Shown here: piece after piece, positions 1 to 8,774 of the stretch | Position numbering within the stretch: the first letter of the stretch is position 1 | How the letters are laid out: each line of letters begins with the position of its first letter | IMG/VR virus record: IMGVR_UViG_3300032893_000012 | Coordinates: 45,322 to 109,321 of that record | DNA length: 64,000 nucleotides | Source: a virus | Reading direction: 5' to 3' (one strand) | Program-made: the position numbers and the translations under genes | Notes under the pieces: generated by a model | What the model saw: only the letters and a program-made list of their open reading frames with translations | Database searches by the model: none | What the model was told of the DNA's origin: nothing

Positions 1-224
1 GAAAGGTGCTCTGCAACGAAACCTGATCCATTACCTCGAACCGGAGAGAGTGATTGCTGTGCCCACATTGGAATTGGTCCTTCACAATCGACGCATGCTG
101 GTTTTCGCGTCGGCAGTCGTTGCTGTTGAATGCAGTCGGCCGAACGGAGACCCTCATCGGTCGGGCCTTGTACGGGGACGTCTGTAACGAAATTCGGATG
201 CCCGTAAGCTTGAGCGGGGGTCAT
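1..224 (-). CDS. Hypothetical protein, runs off the window edge (MTPAQAYGHPNFVTDVP...)
   Basis: ATG at 224 overlaps the TGA of the upstream gene (ATGA); frame open to position 1. Confidence 0.55.
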   Translation of the reverse strand, partial: MTPAQAYGHPNFVTDVPVQGPTDEGLRSADCIQQQRLPTRKPACVDCEGPIPMWAQQSLSPVRGNGSGFVAEHL

Positions 225-445
225 GGGAACCTCGGTGGAGCTAATTGCTGTTGCGGCTGCGGATCAGGCCCGGCGCCGATCGCTGCACCGACAAAACCGC
301 CAAAGACCGCTCCGAGTGCGACGCCTGCCTCTTGAGCGTCACCACGGGTTAGTCCTCCAGGGAATCTGGTTGCGAGCTGTTCACCGACGATCGCTCCCAC
401 GATGACGCCAAGTCCGCCGCCGAGTCCAGCTAACGCGCGGCTCAT
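221..445 (-). CDS. Small glycine-zipper membrane protein, putative virion membrane protein
   Basis: ATGA-coupled start at 445; two GxxxG hydrophobic segments; resembles 14916..15167. Confidence 0.7.
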   Translation of the reverse strand: MSRALAGLGGGLGVIVGAIVGEQLATRFPGGLTRGDAQEAGVALGAVFGGFVGAAIGAGPDPQPQQQLAPPRFP

Positions 446-1329
446 GGGACATCGCTCCCGATGTTCTGGTCGAACACCAGCGCTCCGGCGATGGATCCAT
501 ATTGCGCGAACGTCGGATACGCAGCAACGAACCGATCCTCGGATCCGAGGGCAGCGATCTGTTGCGCCGAGACGGTTGGATCGCTGAAAAATGGATTCGT
601 CGACGGATCGTTTTGACGCACACTCGCGAACAGCGCGACGTCGCACGGAACAGGTAGAGGCACATCGAGCACGCGCTCGCTTCTCGTTGTGCGCCACGGA
701 TATCGGAGCTCGTGAATGTTGCCGAGACTAGCCGCGAGAGGCGTACCCCACGGACGTCCACCGTTCGGAGCCGTGTACGGCGCAAGATTTTGAAAAAGCA
801 ACGCAGGTGAAAGAGAGTCCTGGAAGATAAACCCGTCCGTGTTGAACGGATTTCTGGTGTCTCGTTGCACCTTGTTGATCACCATCACGTGCCAGGAGAT
901 GTCGCCGTCGAGCGGATGCCAAAGCGGGCTCTCGATCTCCTTACGGAAAGTGACTGTGCTGCCCAGCGGTGGCCCAGAGATGGCTCCGTCTTCTACAATC
1001 GGTATCCGCGCAACGAGTTCGGCGTACTGGCGGATCCCGACCAGACGAACGCCACAATTGTCCGAACTCTGCTCGCCGGTACCAAAGCTCGCTCGCGCCA
1101 GAAGAAATAGATATCGCGCGTCACCGATAGCTGCGCTCGGAACGGATGGGACTACGAGACCCGTGTAGGCGTTCGTGTTGTACGGATCGCTTCCGATGAA
1201 TCCGAACTCGGAATTCGGACCTACGGTGACGAGTTCCTGTCTCCCGTTCGCGAGTACCGAACGGATCTGTTCCGCTACACCGCCGGGGCGGTATTGCATA
1301 CGGATCACGTTGTCGGTCTTAGCGGCCAT
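442..1329 (-). CDS. Hypothetical beta-rich protein, putative virion structural protein
   Basis: 295 aa ORF coupled in the operon downstream of the capsid candidate; alternating hydrophobic pattern. Confidence 0.6.
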   Translation of the reverse strand: MAAKTDNVIRMQYRPGGVAEQIRSVLANGRQELVTVGPNSEFGFIGSDPYNTNAYTGLVVPSVPSAAIGDARYLFLLARASFGTGEQSSDNCGVRLVGIRQYAELVARIPIVEDGAISGPPLGSTVTFRKEIESPLWHPLDGDISWHVMVINKVQRDTRNPFNTDGFIFQDSLSPALLFQNLAPYTAPNGGRPWGTPLAASLGNIHELRYPWRTTRSERVLDVPLPVPCDVALFASVRQNDPSTNPFFSDPTVSAQQIAALGSEDRFVAAYPTFAQYGSIAGALVFDQNIGSDVP

Positions 1330-1331
1330 TT

Positions 1332-1979
1332 TCAGCGCGTGGGTAGAAGCAGTTGCAAATCTGGTGTTTCGATGCCCAGCTTGCGCAAATTCGAACGCGC
1401 GTCTGCGTCTGAGAGATCGTCTATGGTCTTATCTAGAAATTGCCACCCTAGAAACGTGAGCGTCACGGTGTACGGGACACTGACCGGCGTCTGCGTGAGG
1501 ATCGCGCTCACCTTCACGTTCATCTGCTTGTAAAGCGGCCATCCTTGTGGCCAGGTCACAGCGAAGACATCGATCAGATTGCCGAGATCCGTGAACGTGT
1601 CGTTGATGGCGTACTTCGGGCCTCCGTAAGCGTCCATCCTGATCCCGACACCCGTTTGCCCGCTCTGCTTCAGCTGGTTGAAGTAGGTCGATTGGAACGG
1701 ACTTCCAGCGAAACTGTTCTGCTGAAACAGGTTGTACGAGACGCGCTCGATGAGCGTGTCTTGAGTCAGGTTGTTCTGAAAGCTCTGAACTACCGGCGGT
1801 GCGTTCACTGTGCTCGAGGAGAACTGGATCGGAATATCGAGCACGGTCGGCACGCGGGGGACGCCAATGATCATGGCGTACGCAAATCGCGGTGCGTAGA
1901 TAGCGAGATTCCTCACATCGAAATCACGAGGCTGCAAGGCGGGCCTTCTTTCTTTGGCGGTATTTCTCTTGCCGCACAT
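1332..1979 (-). CDS. Hypothetical beta-rich protein, putative minor capsid/structural protein
   Basis: AGGAG SD before ATG 1979; strand-like segments (MNVKVSAIL, YTVTLTFLGWQ). Confidence 0.6.
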   Translation of the reverse strand: MCGKRNTAKERRPALQPRDFDVRNLAIYAPRFAYAMIIGVPRVPTVLDIPIQFSSSTVNAPPVVQSFQNNLTQDTLIERVSYNLFQQNSFAGSPFQSTYFNQLKQSGQTGVGIRMDAYGGPKYAINDTFTDLGNLIDVFAVTWPQGWPLYKQMNVKVSAILTQTPVSVPYTVTLTFLGWQFLDKTIDDLSDADARSNLRKLGIETPDLQLLLPTR

Positions 1980-2078
1980 TGCTCCTGACAGAAAAATCCG
2001 CATGCGGCTTTACTGTCTTACAGCCGCCGCAAAACTTCTCTACTTGTGTGGCAGTCGACTTCAAAAACTTGTTCTCCT

Positions 2079-2125
2079 GAAACGCGACGAGCGGCGCGGC
2101 GCTGTTTTCGCCGGCGCCGCTCGCG
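2079..2125 (-). terminator. GC-rich hairpin downstream of the capsid candidate (terminator/stability element)
   Basis: Arms cgagcggcgcggcg / cgccggcgccgctcg, followed by a short T run on the minus strand. Confidence 0.5.
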
Positions 2126-2173
2126 CTATGTGCTTAGAAAAGGCGATCGACCTTCTTCGGCACTCCTCTCGAA

Positions 2174-3511
2174 TCAGCCAGCCTTCTGCACGAGCTGCGG
2201 CGCGTTCTGGCTGCAGTATGCCTTCCAGCCGCCGGGCATTTCCCAGCCCTTGATCTTGATACCGATCTTCAGGATGCCACCCTTGAAGACCTCTCGGCAG
2301 ACGTTGACCGACTGCTGGATCAGCACCGGCGTCGCGTCGAGCGTCTGCTCCAACATGACGTTGTTTGCGCCTGAAGCAATGGCGCCTGCGGTCGGTACAC
2401 CGTTGCCTGCCGCAGCCCCCACCTGTGTCGAACAGGAAAGATTCGTGTCCGGCGAGATGTTGACACCGAGAGGCTCGTTGTTGATCGTGACTGCCTGGAG
2501 CATGAGCGCCTGGTGCACGGCGTCCTGCACGACGAACAGCATGCCGATGGGGATACCGCGCTCGAGGAAGCACGGACTCTCGATCGGCCGGTACATCTGG
2601 CCACGGCAACCGTAGCCCTGCCACCGGAGACCGCCCCACGTAACCGGTGCGAGATCGAAGTCGCGCGTCGGGTGGAACACGCCGACGTTGTTGGTCGCGC
2701 TCGTGCTGTTGACGCTGCCGACGCGCCTGAAATTCACCGGAAGGAAGATCGTCGCCGATCCCTTCGAGCGATAGAGCGCGTTGACCGCAGCCACGAATTC
2801 GATGATCGGCACCTCGCTCGTGCCGCTCGCTTCGGCGTCCGCGAAGGATCCGAAGTACGAGACGTCGGCCGCGAGCTCGTTCAGTACGAGCTCACGCTGC
2901 GAGGTCTTCCATTGGAACTGGTAGGCGTTGATGAAGTTCCAACCTGCACGCCACACGTCGGCACCGAACTCGAACACCGCCGGAGACGGCGGCGTATCGC
3001 TCGTCGGAGTCGCGCCGGCGAACTGTCCACCGAGTGCGCCGTTGAAGAGATCGTTGGCGGTGAACACGTCCGGTGAAGGAGGCGGAACCTGCGTCGTTGC
3101 CGGCGCCGCGAAAGCGTTGCCGATCGTCGAGAAGCTCATTGGTTCGCAGAAGGTGTGCACGCCGACTCCCTGAGCGAGGATATCGGTTTGCAAGATCCCG
3201 TTGATGAGGAACGTCGAATCGATCGACGCCACTCCGGGCACGCTCGATGAACCGCTGAGCAGGTTCACCGTGTCTCCGAGAGTGGCGAGCGCCTCCTCGG
3301 CAGTGAGCGGCAGAGGGATCGTCCAGACCACCTCTTCGATGACGGGGATGTTGCCGAATGAGCAACGAAGGCACTTGTCCATCGCGGCTGCGGCGAGCGT
3401 GCCGTCGATCTTGTTGGGGTCGAGACCGAGTCCAAACTGCGGACGCGCCACTTTCGGCTGGTCTCCGCCGAAGGTCTTGATGGTTCTGCCGATGATGCTT
3501 CTCGAGGACAT
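2174..3511 (-). CDS. Candidate major capsid protein (445 aa, fold unverified)
   Basis: AGGAG SD before ATG 3511; strongly C/G-ending codons; flanked by hairpins; beta-rich; follows the core-protein gene. No family motif recognised. Confidence 0.45.
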   Translation of the reverse strand: MSSRSIIGRTIKTFGGDQPKVARPQFGLGLDPNKIDGTLAAAAMDKCLRCSFGNIPVIEEVVWTIPLPLTAEEALATLGDTVNLLSGSSSVPGVASIDSTFLINGILQTDILAQGVGVHTFCEPMSFSTIGNAFAAPATTQVPPPSPDVFTANDLFNGALGGQFAGATPTSDTPPSPAVFEFGADVWRAGWNFINAYQFQWKTSQRELVLNELAADVSYFGSFADAEASGTSEVPIIEFVAAVNALYRSKGSATIFLPVNFRRVGSVNSTSATNNVGVFHPTRDFDLAPVTWGGLRWQGYGCRGQMYRPIESPCFLERGIPIGMLFVVQDAVHQALMLQAVTINNEPLGVNISPDTNLSCSTQVGAAAGNGVPTAGAIASGANNVMLEQTLDATPVLIQQSVNVCREVFKGGILKIGIKIKGWEMPGGWKAYCSQNAPQLVQKAG

Positions 3512-3570
3512 GATTTTTCGAGCTCCTGTTTTGCTTCGCCGTTTCTCTGGGCCGACGCGAAGCGTCTCTG

Positions 3571-3612
3571 ACACCTCAACCCCGGGGCTCGAGGCCTACC
3601 GGGGCGAGGTGT
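3571..3612 (-). other. Intergenic stem-loop between the core protein and capsid candidate genes
   Basis: acacctc..ccccgg / ccgggg..gaggtgt nested inverted repeat. Confidence 0.45.
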
Positions 3613-3626
3613 TTCACTGAACGAGT

Positions 3627-5312
3627 TCAGGTGCCGGGCAGGTACGGCAGCTCCTCGCGACTTTCTCCGAGGAAAGCGGAGTGACCGGCGAGCGGATCGC
3701 CTACGCACCCGCACGACGGATCCGAATGCGGTCGCGCCTGTGGCCCGGGACCGACGTCTGAGGGCGGTCCTGGTTGCCAATCCTGGCTCACGCCAGGTTG
3801 ACCCGGATTACCGCGTCCGTACGGCGCTCCGGTCCCCATGGACTGCGCCACGGTCGGGTAGTCGCTTCCGGGACCACCGGTTCCCCACGTGTTTTGCACG
3901 GTGGGGTACTGGGAGTCCTGAATGCCGGTGGCGTTTCGCAGCGCCTGGCCAGCATCCGGGTAAGGCGACTCCGCGGCGAGCGCGAACGGACCCACGTCGG
4001 CTCCGGAGAGCACGCCAGCCACGGCAGTCACCTGCTTCTGCTGCATGTTCAGGGATGCCGCGACCTCCGCTGGATAGAGGCGCACGATGATGCTCTTCTG
4101 GAGCGACGGAGGACTCGTGTCCTTCGGTGTGAGCATCGGCATGAGGAAGTTGTTCCAGAACATCCGGAACAGATTCACTCCGGCGCCGAGCGCCAGACCA
4201 TCCAATGCCGCTTTCCCTGTTCGATTGCGGACGGCATACGCCGAGAGCAACGCTGGCGCGGCAGCGACCCCGACTCCGGCGCCGATGCGCATGAGGTTGG
4301 GACGCATGGCCACGTTCAACGTGTTTGCGAGCGTGCCCGAACCATCGCTCGTAAACTTGTCGGTCGGCTTCGGATCTGTCGAGGACGGATTGTACGTAGC
4401 GAGCAAGCGATCGATGCCGTCCGCTAGAATGAAACCGACGCCGCTGGTGACAACCGCCACCGCGAAATCAGCAACACCCATTCCGCTTCCGCCTCCGCTA
4501 GATGCGTGCATACGCCGACTGTGACGCCGACGAGAATGACGACGACGAGGCGATTCCATCACGTGCGCTCGGCGCCGGCTGTGGCGCCTGCGACGACGAC
4601 GCGGAGCTTCGCTCACCACCGCTTCTCGAGTGGTTCGCCTACGCGCGTGCCGGCGCGTCTTCTTGCGACGCCAACCCTTCTTGGCTGCCTTCCGGTGACC
4701 GGAGGGGTTACCGCGCCACGCCTGCACGTTGCTATGCACGCGACGCCGATGCCGGCGACGTCGCCACTTCTGCTGCGGCGTGAGCACGCGCTTGCGCGTT
4801 CGACGACTTGCGCGGGCCTGTGTCTTGCGCGCTCGGCGACGACGCCTCCGCTTGGGGGCTGCCACCGATGTAGCTGCACGAACGCGCCGGCGACGCGCGC
4901 GCTTGGGCGCACTCTTCTTCTTGCTAGAGCGACGACGACGACGGGGTGAGGATACTTTCGCAGTTCTGGCCATGCTTTCCTCTCGAGCGACTACGGCGCG
5001 GATGCCTTTGCCGAACGGGACGGTCCGTTTGACTTTGGACCCTTTCGGATCGAATTGACGGATGCGGATGTACTGGTCGGTGACGTCCACCTTCCCGTAC
5101 CGGTAGCCGTGAGACCTAGCCCACGCTTTCGCCTTGCTCTCGGTCCACCCGGCGCTGCGATGAAACAGCAACGATTGGACAGACATCGATTTCGACTCGT
5201 GCGGCGCAACGGCGTCCGTACGCGGGTATGCGATCGGAGATGGCCTGTTTCGCGCGACATCACTACGGCGTGATTCGCTGAGATCGGCCAGTCGATCGTC
5301 GTAAAGACCCAT
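3627..5312 (-). CDS. Arg-rich protamine-like core protein with a small N-terminal domain and membrane segments
   Basis: QSLLF..WT..KAKAW..HG..KVDVT..IRQFDP domain; about 160 aa poly-Arg tract; three hydrophobic Gly/Ala segments. Start uncertain; internal SD + ATG at 4973. Confidence 0.7.
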   Translation of the reverse strand: MGLYDDRLADLSESRRSDVARNRPSPIAYPRTDAVAPHESKSMSVQSLLFHRSAGWTESKAKAWARSHGYRYGKVDVTDQYIRIRQFDPKGSKVKRTVPFGKGIRAVVAREESMARTAKVSSPRRRRRSSKKKSAPKRARRRRVRAATSVAAPKRRRRRRARKTQARASRRTRKRVLTPQQKWRRRRHRRRVHSNVQAWRGNPSGHRKAAKKGWRRKKTRRHARRRTTREAVVSEAPRRRRRRHSRRRAHVMESPRRRHSRRRHSRRMHASSGGGSGMGVADFAVAVVTSGVGFILADGIDRLLATYNPSSTDPKPTDKFTSDGSGTLANTLNVAMRPNLMRIGAGVGVAAAPALLSAYAVRNRTGKAALDGLALGAGVNLFRMFWNNFLMPMLTPKDTSPPSLQKSIIVRLYPAEVAASLNMQQKQVTAVAGVLSGADVGPFALAAESPYPDAGQALRNATGIQDSQYPTVQNTWGTGGPGSDYPTVAQSMGTGAPYGRGNPGQPGVSQDWQPGPPSDVGPGPQARPHSDPSCGCVGDPLAGHSAFLGESREELPYLPGT

Positions 5313-5539
5313 GTCACGATGCACTGACAGGCTCTCAGCGCAACCTATTACGGTCAATACGATGGCAAATAACGAGACGAATCACGCGCGCGTTGCCATC
5401 ACGCGAATGCGCGTCAACACCCCGACTCAGCACATGTCTAAAAATTTAGTATTCACGCGATGTTACGCATGAACACCCTCGTGACAATTCGACGCCAAAT
5501 ACCACTACGACATCGGCGTAACTCGAGCACCGTTTCTGT

Positions 5540-5572
5540 TCAACGAACGTTAAACAATCGTCAAACGATCGT
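5540..5572 (-). repeat. 3 x 11-bp tandem array (consensus ACGTTCGTTTG), putative operator
   Basis: Minus strand reads acgatcgtttg acgattgttta acgttcgttga; same unit at 12535 and 26199. Confidence 0.65.
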
Positions 5573-5576
5573 TTGA

Positions 5577-7208
5577 TTATCGGATGTTCGGGTAGAGCAG
5601 ATCGAGCAAAGTTGTGCGTTTACGGTGCACGCCGCCGAGCGAGCCTTCGCTCATACCAACGAAGTCTCCCGCACCGATCTCTTTTGCGGTCTTCCCTGGT
5701 TCGACCCACCACTCTTTTGCGTTGGGAGAGACGTGTCCGACGGGATAGTTCGTCGTTCCGTCCATTCTCACCCAATCTCCGAGGTCATCTTCGAACGCCA
5801 TGAATACGTGTGTCGGTACTTCATACGGCGCACGGTGACTGCTTCCGATGATCATGGCGTCGATACCGATCGACATCACCGCTGCGGCGAGCGTGATAGC
5901 CGCTTCGTCACAGTTGCTTACGGTTACGTCGTGCTCTGGGAGGTAGACGTAGTGATCGTCGGTAGAAATATCCCAGCAAGGGACTTTTCTGACGGATCGA
6001 TCTATCGATCGAACCGACAGTGTGAGTGATCCTTTCTCCCGTTGACCGACACGCCACAGAGGATGCTTTCCAGCTCCGCCATGTTGCTCTGGAGTGAGCA
6101 TTTTAACGCTTGTCATCTTGCCGAACATACGATGCAGTACGCGCACCTGAAGCATGAGTTGTCTGCTAGTCGTCGAATACGTACGCGTGGCGGCGCCGGT
6201 GTTCTTCGTGCTATCGGCCATCAATCCGCGCAAGGCCGCAGCGGCGCTAGCCTCTTCGAGATTAATCGTTTCCAGATGTTTAAATCTCGCTCGAGATCCT
6301 AGTCCGGCTATCCGTGAAGCCCATTCTCTATCTTTGATCTCGATGTATTTCGCGTGCCAGAGAGTCTCGATCCCGAGGCGTTCGCAGATGGCCTTGACCT
6401 CATGCTTCTGTTCTTCTTTGCGTTTGCCGTCGCGACCGCCAATGCGAAATTTCAGATGCGGCAGATTTTTGTTTTTGCTCGCTTCCACCCATCCGTCTGC
6501 GAGCGTCAGAGCTTCGACGTACATGCGATCCGGATCAACTCGCATCGATCCGAAAACGATACGTTCTGGTTGGAGAAGTGCGTCTCCCTCCGACAGATCA
6601 GTCACGCGGACACGCTCAAATGCGTTGCAATCTTTTTGGTAGCAGGCTCCGTGTGCTGACCGACCGTGCGGACACCTGCCGACATATACCTTGTGATCGC
6701 CGGTCAAATGCATCGTCGAGCCGTTGCTCATCTCGATAGCATCGACCGAAAGCGCTCCTTTTGCCCATTTTTGCGTAACTTCGCTCCACTTGTCCTTGCC
6801 CCAGATACGATCGCCGATATTGATCTTTTCGATCGGAATGAATTCAAAATCGTCGCGTAGGAGCAGCGTTCCTTCCGGGAAGCAATCGCCGCCGATGATG
6901 CAAAGCCCTCCCTCGTCGAGACAGAGAAGCTGGTTCGGTGTCGCCATAAATTCTCCCATGACTGGGTCAGCGACGTACGGAACCTTCTTTCTGAAGGCAT
7001 CGAGAATACACTGCGCCTTTTGACGTTTCCCGCCACGTGACACGCCTTTTTTGTCGAGCTGTTGGAGCACCCAGGCGCGCAATCTCGGACTCATTCGTGC
7101 GGACCATGCGCGGTCGGCCACCTCTTGCAAGGATTTCTTCGCTCCCTTAGCGCCAGCAGGGTGCGGTCCAGCATCTGTCTTCACTCCATTTATAGGCTTG
7201 TCGATCAT
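5577..7208 (-). CDS. Transglutaminase-like Cys enzyme (putative protease) interrupted by an intein
   Basis: Spliced extein reads YVADP..GGD|CDEAAITLAA..THVF..WVRMDG, the Cys-His-Asp triad of the transglutaminase-like fold; 219 aa after splicing. Confidence 0.85.
   Translation of the reverse strand: MIDKPINGVKTDAGPHPAGAKGAKKSLQEVADRAWSARMSPRLRAWVLQQLDKKGVSRGGKRQKAQCILDAFRKKVPYVADPVMGEFMATPNQLLCLDEGGLCIIGGDCFPEGTLLLRDDFEFIPIEKINIGDRIWGKDKWSEVTQKWAKGALSVDAIEMSNGSTMHLTGDHKVYVGRCPHGRSAHGACYQKDCNAFERVRVTDLSEGDALLQPERIVFGSMRVDPDRMYVEALTLADGWVEASKNKNLPHLKFRIGGRDGKRKEEQKHEVKAICERLGIETLWHAKYIEIKDREWASRIAGLGSRARFKHLETINLEEASAAAALRGLMADSTKNTGAATRTYSTTSRQLMLQVRVLHRMFGKMTSVKMLTPEQHGGAGKHPLWRVGQREKGSLTLSVRSIDRSVRKVPCWDISTDDHYVYLPEHDVTVSNCDEAAITLAAAVMSIGIDAMIIGSSHRAPYEVPTHVFMAFEDDLGDWVRMDGTTNYPVGHVSPNAKEWWVEPGKTAKEIGAGDFVGMSEGSLGGVHRKRTTLLDLLYPNIR
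5913..6884 (-). mobile_element. Intein (324 aa) with a LAGLIDADG-type, possibly degenerate, endonuclease region
   Basis: Block A CFPEGTLL, block B LTGDHKVY, LTLADGW / LRGLMADS / STTSRQL blocks, block F-G CWDIST..VTVSN followed by +1 Cys. Confidence 0.9.
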
Positions 7209-8257
7209 CGGCGATTACGCTTTCGGTTTGTCAGATAGATCGCACTTCCTACGACTCCTGCCCCGAGGAGTCCGATTCCCGCCATCGCTCCGACGCTGAG
7301 TCCAGATGATGCAGTCGCTACAGGTGCAGCAGGCGTGATAGGCGCAACAGGTGATACGGTTACATGCGGTGCGCACGCAGTCGGAGCGCTCCCTAGCGCC
7401 TGCGCTAGAGCGCTCGCTGTCGCTTGCTCGTAGTTGCTCGTGTTGATCGGAACTGGGTTAGCGCCGGACGAATTCCAAGCCGTTTTGAAGGCGTGAACCG
7501 CTGCGTTGACGCTGCTTCCGGGGTGCGTCACCGACGTGCAGTAACTCGGATCGGCGACAATGGCGGCTACTGCGGCTCGTGCGGCATCGGCTACTGAGGT
7601 AGGCGGCGCCGGGACATCGCCGTAAAACGCTTGCAGCGCTAGCCTAGCCGATGACATCGCATCCGAGAGATCGTGTAAGACGTCCGAACGAACCTGAAAG
7701 GAATCGTTGCTATTTCCGGCAACGATTGCAGCACTAAGCGCCGGAAGTCGAGCGCGCGCTTTACTGGTGCTCTTACGTACGTCTTGCGCGTACGGGATTG
7801 CGTACACCGCAGGGGACCCACTGCCGACGATTTCCGAGACCGATGCATCCACAACATTGGCAGCATTTTCAGCGGCGTCGCCGAATCCTTGATCTCCCAT
7901 CGCAGCAAGCGCACTGACCTTCGCATTCGCCGCATCGAGCGCGGCGTAGTCGGCGAGCACTCCAGCGGCCGCATCACCGAGAGACGATGGCGTGACGCCA
8001 TCCATATGAGGAAGCGCAGCGAAGTACGCCCGGGGACGCGTATCCAGTTCGCCAGAGAACCACTTCTCCGGTAAGTTGAGAACCTCGCCCTCGCGTAGAT
8101 CTTTGAACGTAACGAAACCGTTCGGAAGACGCTTTGCCGCCTTGTGAGGGTTGGCGCGCACGATGTCAATTGCGCATTTTGGGCAGCCAGCCATGTCCGG
8201 CCGACTGGCGATACTAGCCGGGCTATCTCCAGCCTGAACGACGTAAGTCCGCGTCAC
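7205..8257 (-). CDS. LysM-domain protein with a C-terminal membrane anchor
   Basis: TYVVQAGDSPASIA..IVRANP..LREGEVLNLP; C-terminal hydrophobic helix followed by RKRNRR. Confidence 0.8.
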   Translation of the reverse strand: MTRTYVVQAGDSPASIASRPDMAGCPKCAIDIVRANPHKAAKRLPNGFVTFKDLREGEVLNLPEKWFSGELDTRPRAYFAALPHMDGVTPSSLGDAAAGVLADYAALDAANAKVSALAAMGDQGFGDAAENAANVVDASVSEIVGSGSPAVYAIPYAQDVRKSTSKARARLPALSAAIVAGNSNDSFQVRSDVLHDLSDAMSSARLALQAFYGDVPAPPTSVADAARAAVAAIVADPSYCTSVTHPGSSVNAAVHAFKTAWNSSGANPVPINTSNYEQATASALAQALGSAPTACAPHVTVSPVAPITPAAPVATASSGLSVGAMAGIGLLGAGVVGSAIYLTNRKRNRR

Positions 8258-8310
8258 GCCTCAAAGACTACGCGCTAGTCATGAGGGTCGTCCAGCAGCA
8301 GCTGGAATCT

Positions 8311-8502
8311 TTAGGCGTATTCGCGCTCTGGCTGGTGTACGACAGGGCTTCCGTTACCGTCCGCGAGCCGGATTCCTTCATTTTCGACTGCCATCCGTAC
8401 GAGCGGACTCTTGAGGAGTTCGAGTAACTTGATCGCTTGTTCAAGCCCCTGATGGTCGTTCGCCGCTTCGATCGCAACGCTCATTGTGACGCGGTATCTC
8501 AC
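8311..8502 (-). CDS. Hypothetical protein
   Basis: GTGA-coupled 63 aa ORF in the operon. Confidence 0.6.
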   Translation of the reverse strand: MRYRVTMSVAIEAANDHQGLEQAIKLLELLKSPLVRMAVENEGIRLADGNGSPVVHQPEREYA

Positions 8503-8774
8503 GCAGAGAACCCCGCATCAGGCTGCGGCTCAGGCGGCTGTGGAGCGTTTTCCTGCGGAGGCGTGTCAGAAGTAATCGGAGGAGCGCTAGGCGGCGTCGA
8601 ACCCACAACAGCAGCAGCGAATATTTCTCCAGCTATCCGAAAAAGATTCGGATCGATTCCACGCAAGTGTCTCAAAGTGTCGTGGATAGCGTTCAGTGTC
8701 CAACGCCGCCCTACGTCTTCGGCATACTTGAGCACTTCATCGTCAGTGAGTTCAACTTGAATAGAAAAACGCAT
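8499..8774 (-). CDS. Hypothetical protein with a Pro-rich tail
   Basis: TAATG coupling at 8774. Confidence 0.6.
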   Translation of the reverse strand: MRFSIQVELTDDEVLKYAEDVGRRWTLNAIHDTLRHLRGIDPNLFRIAGEIFAAAVVGSTPPSAPPITSDTPPQENAPQPPEPQPDAGFSA

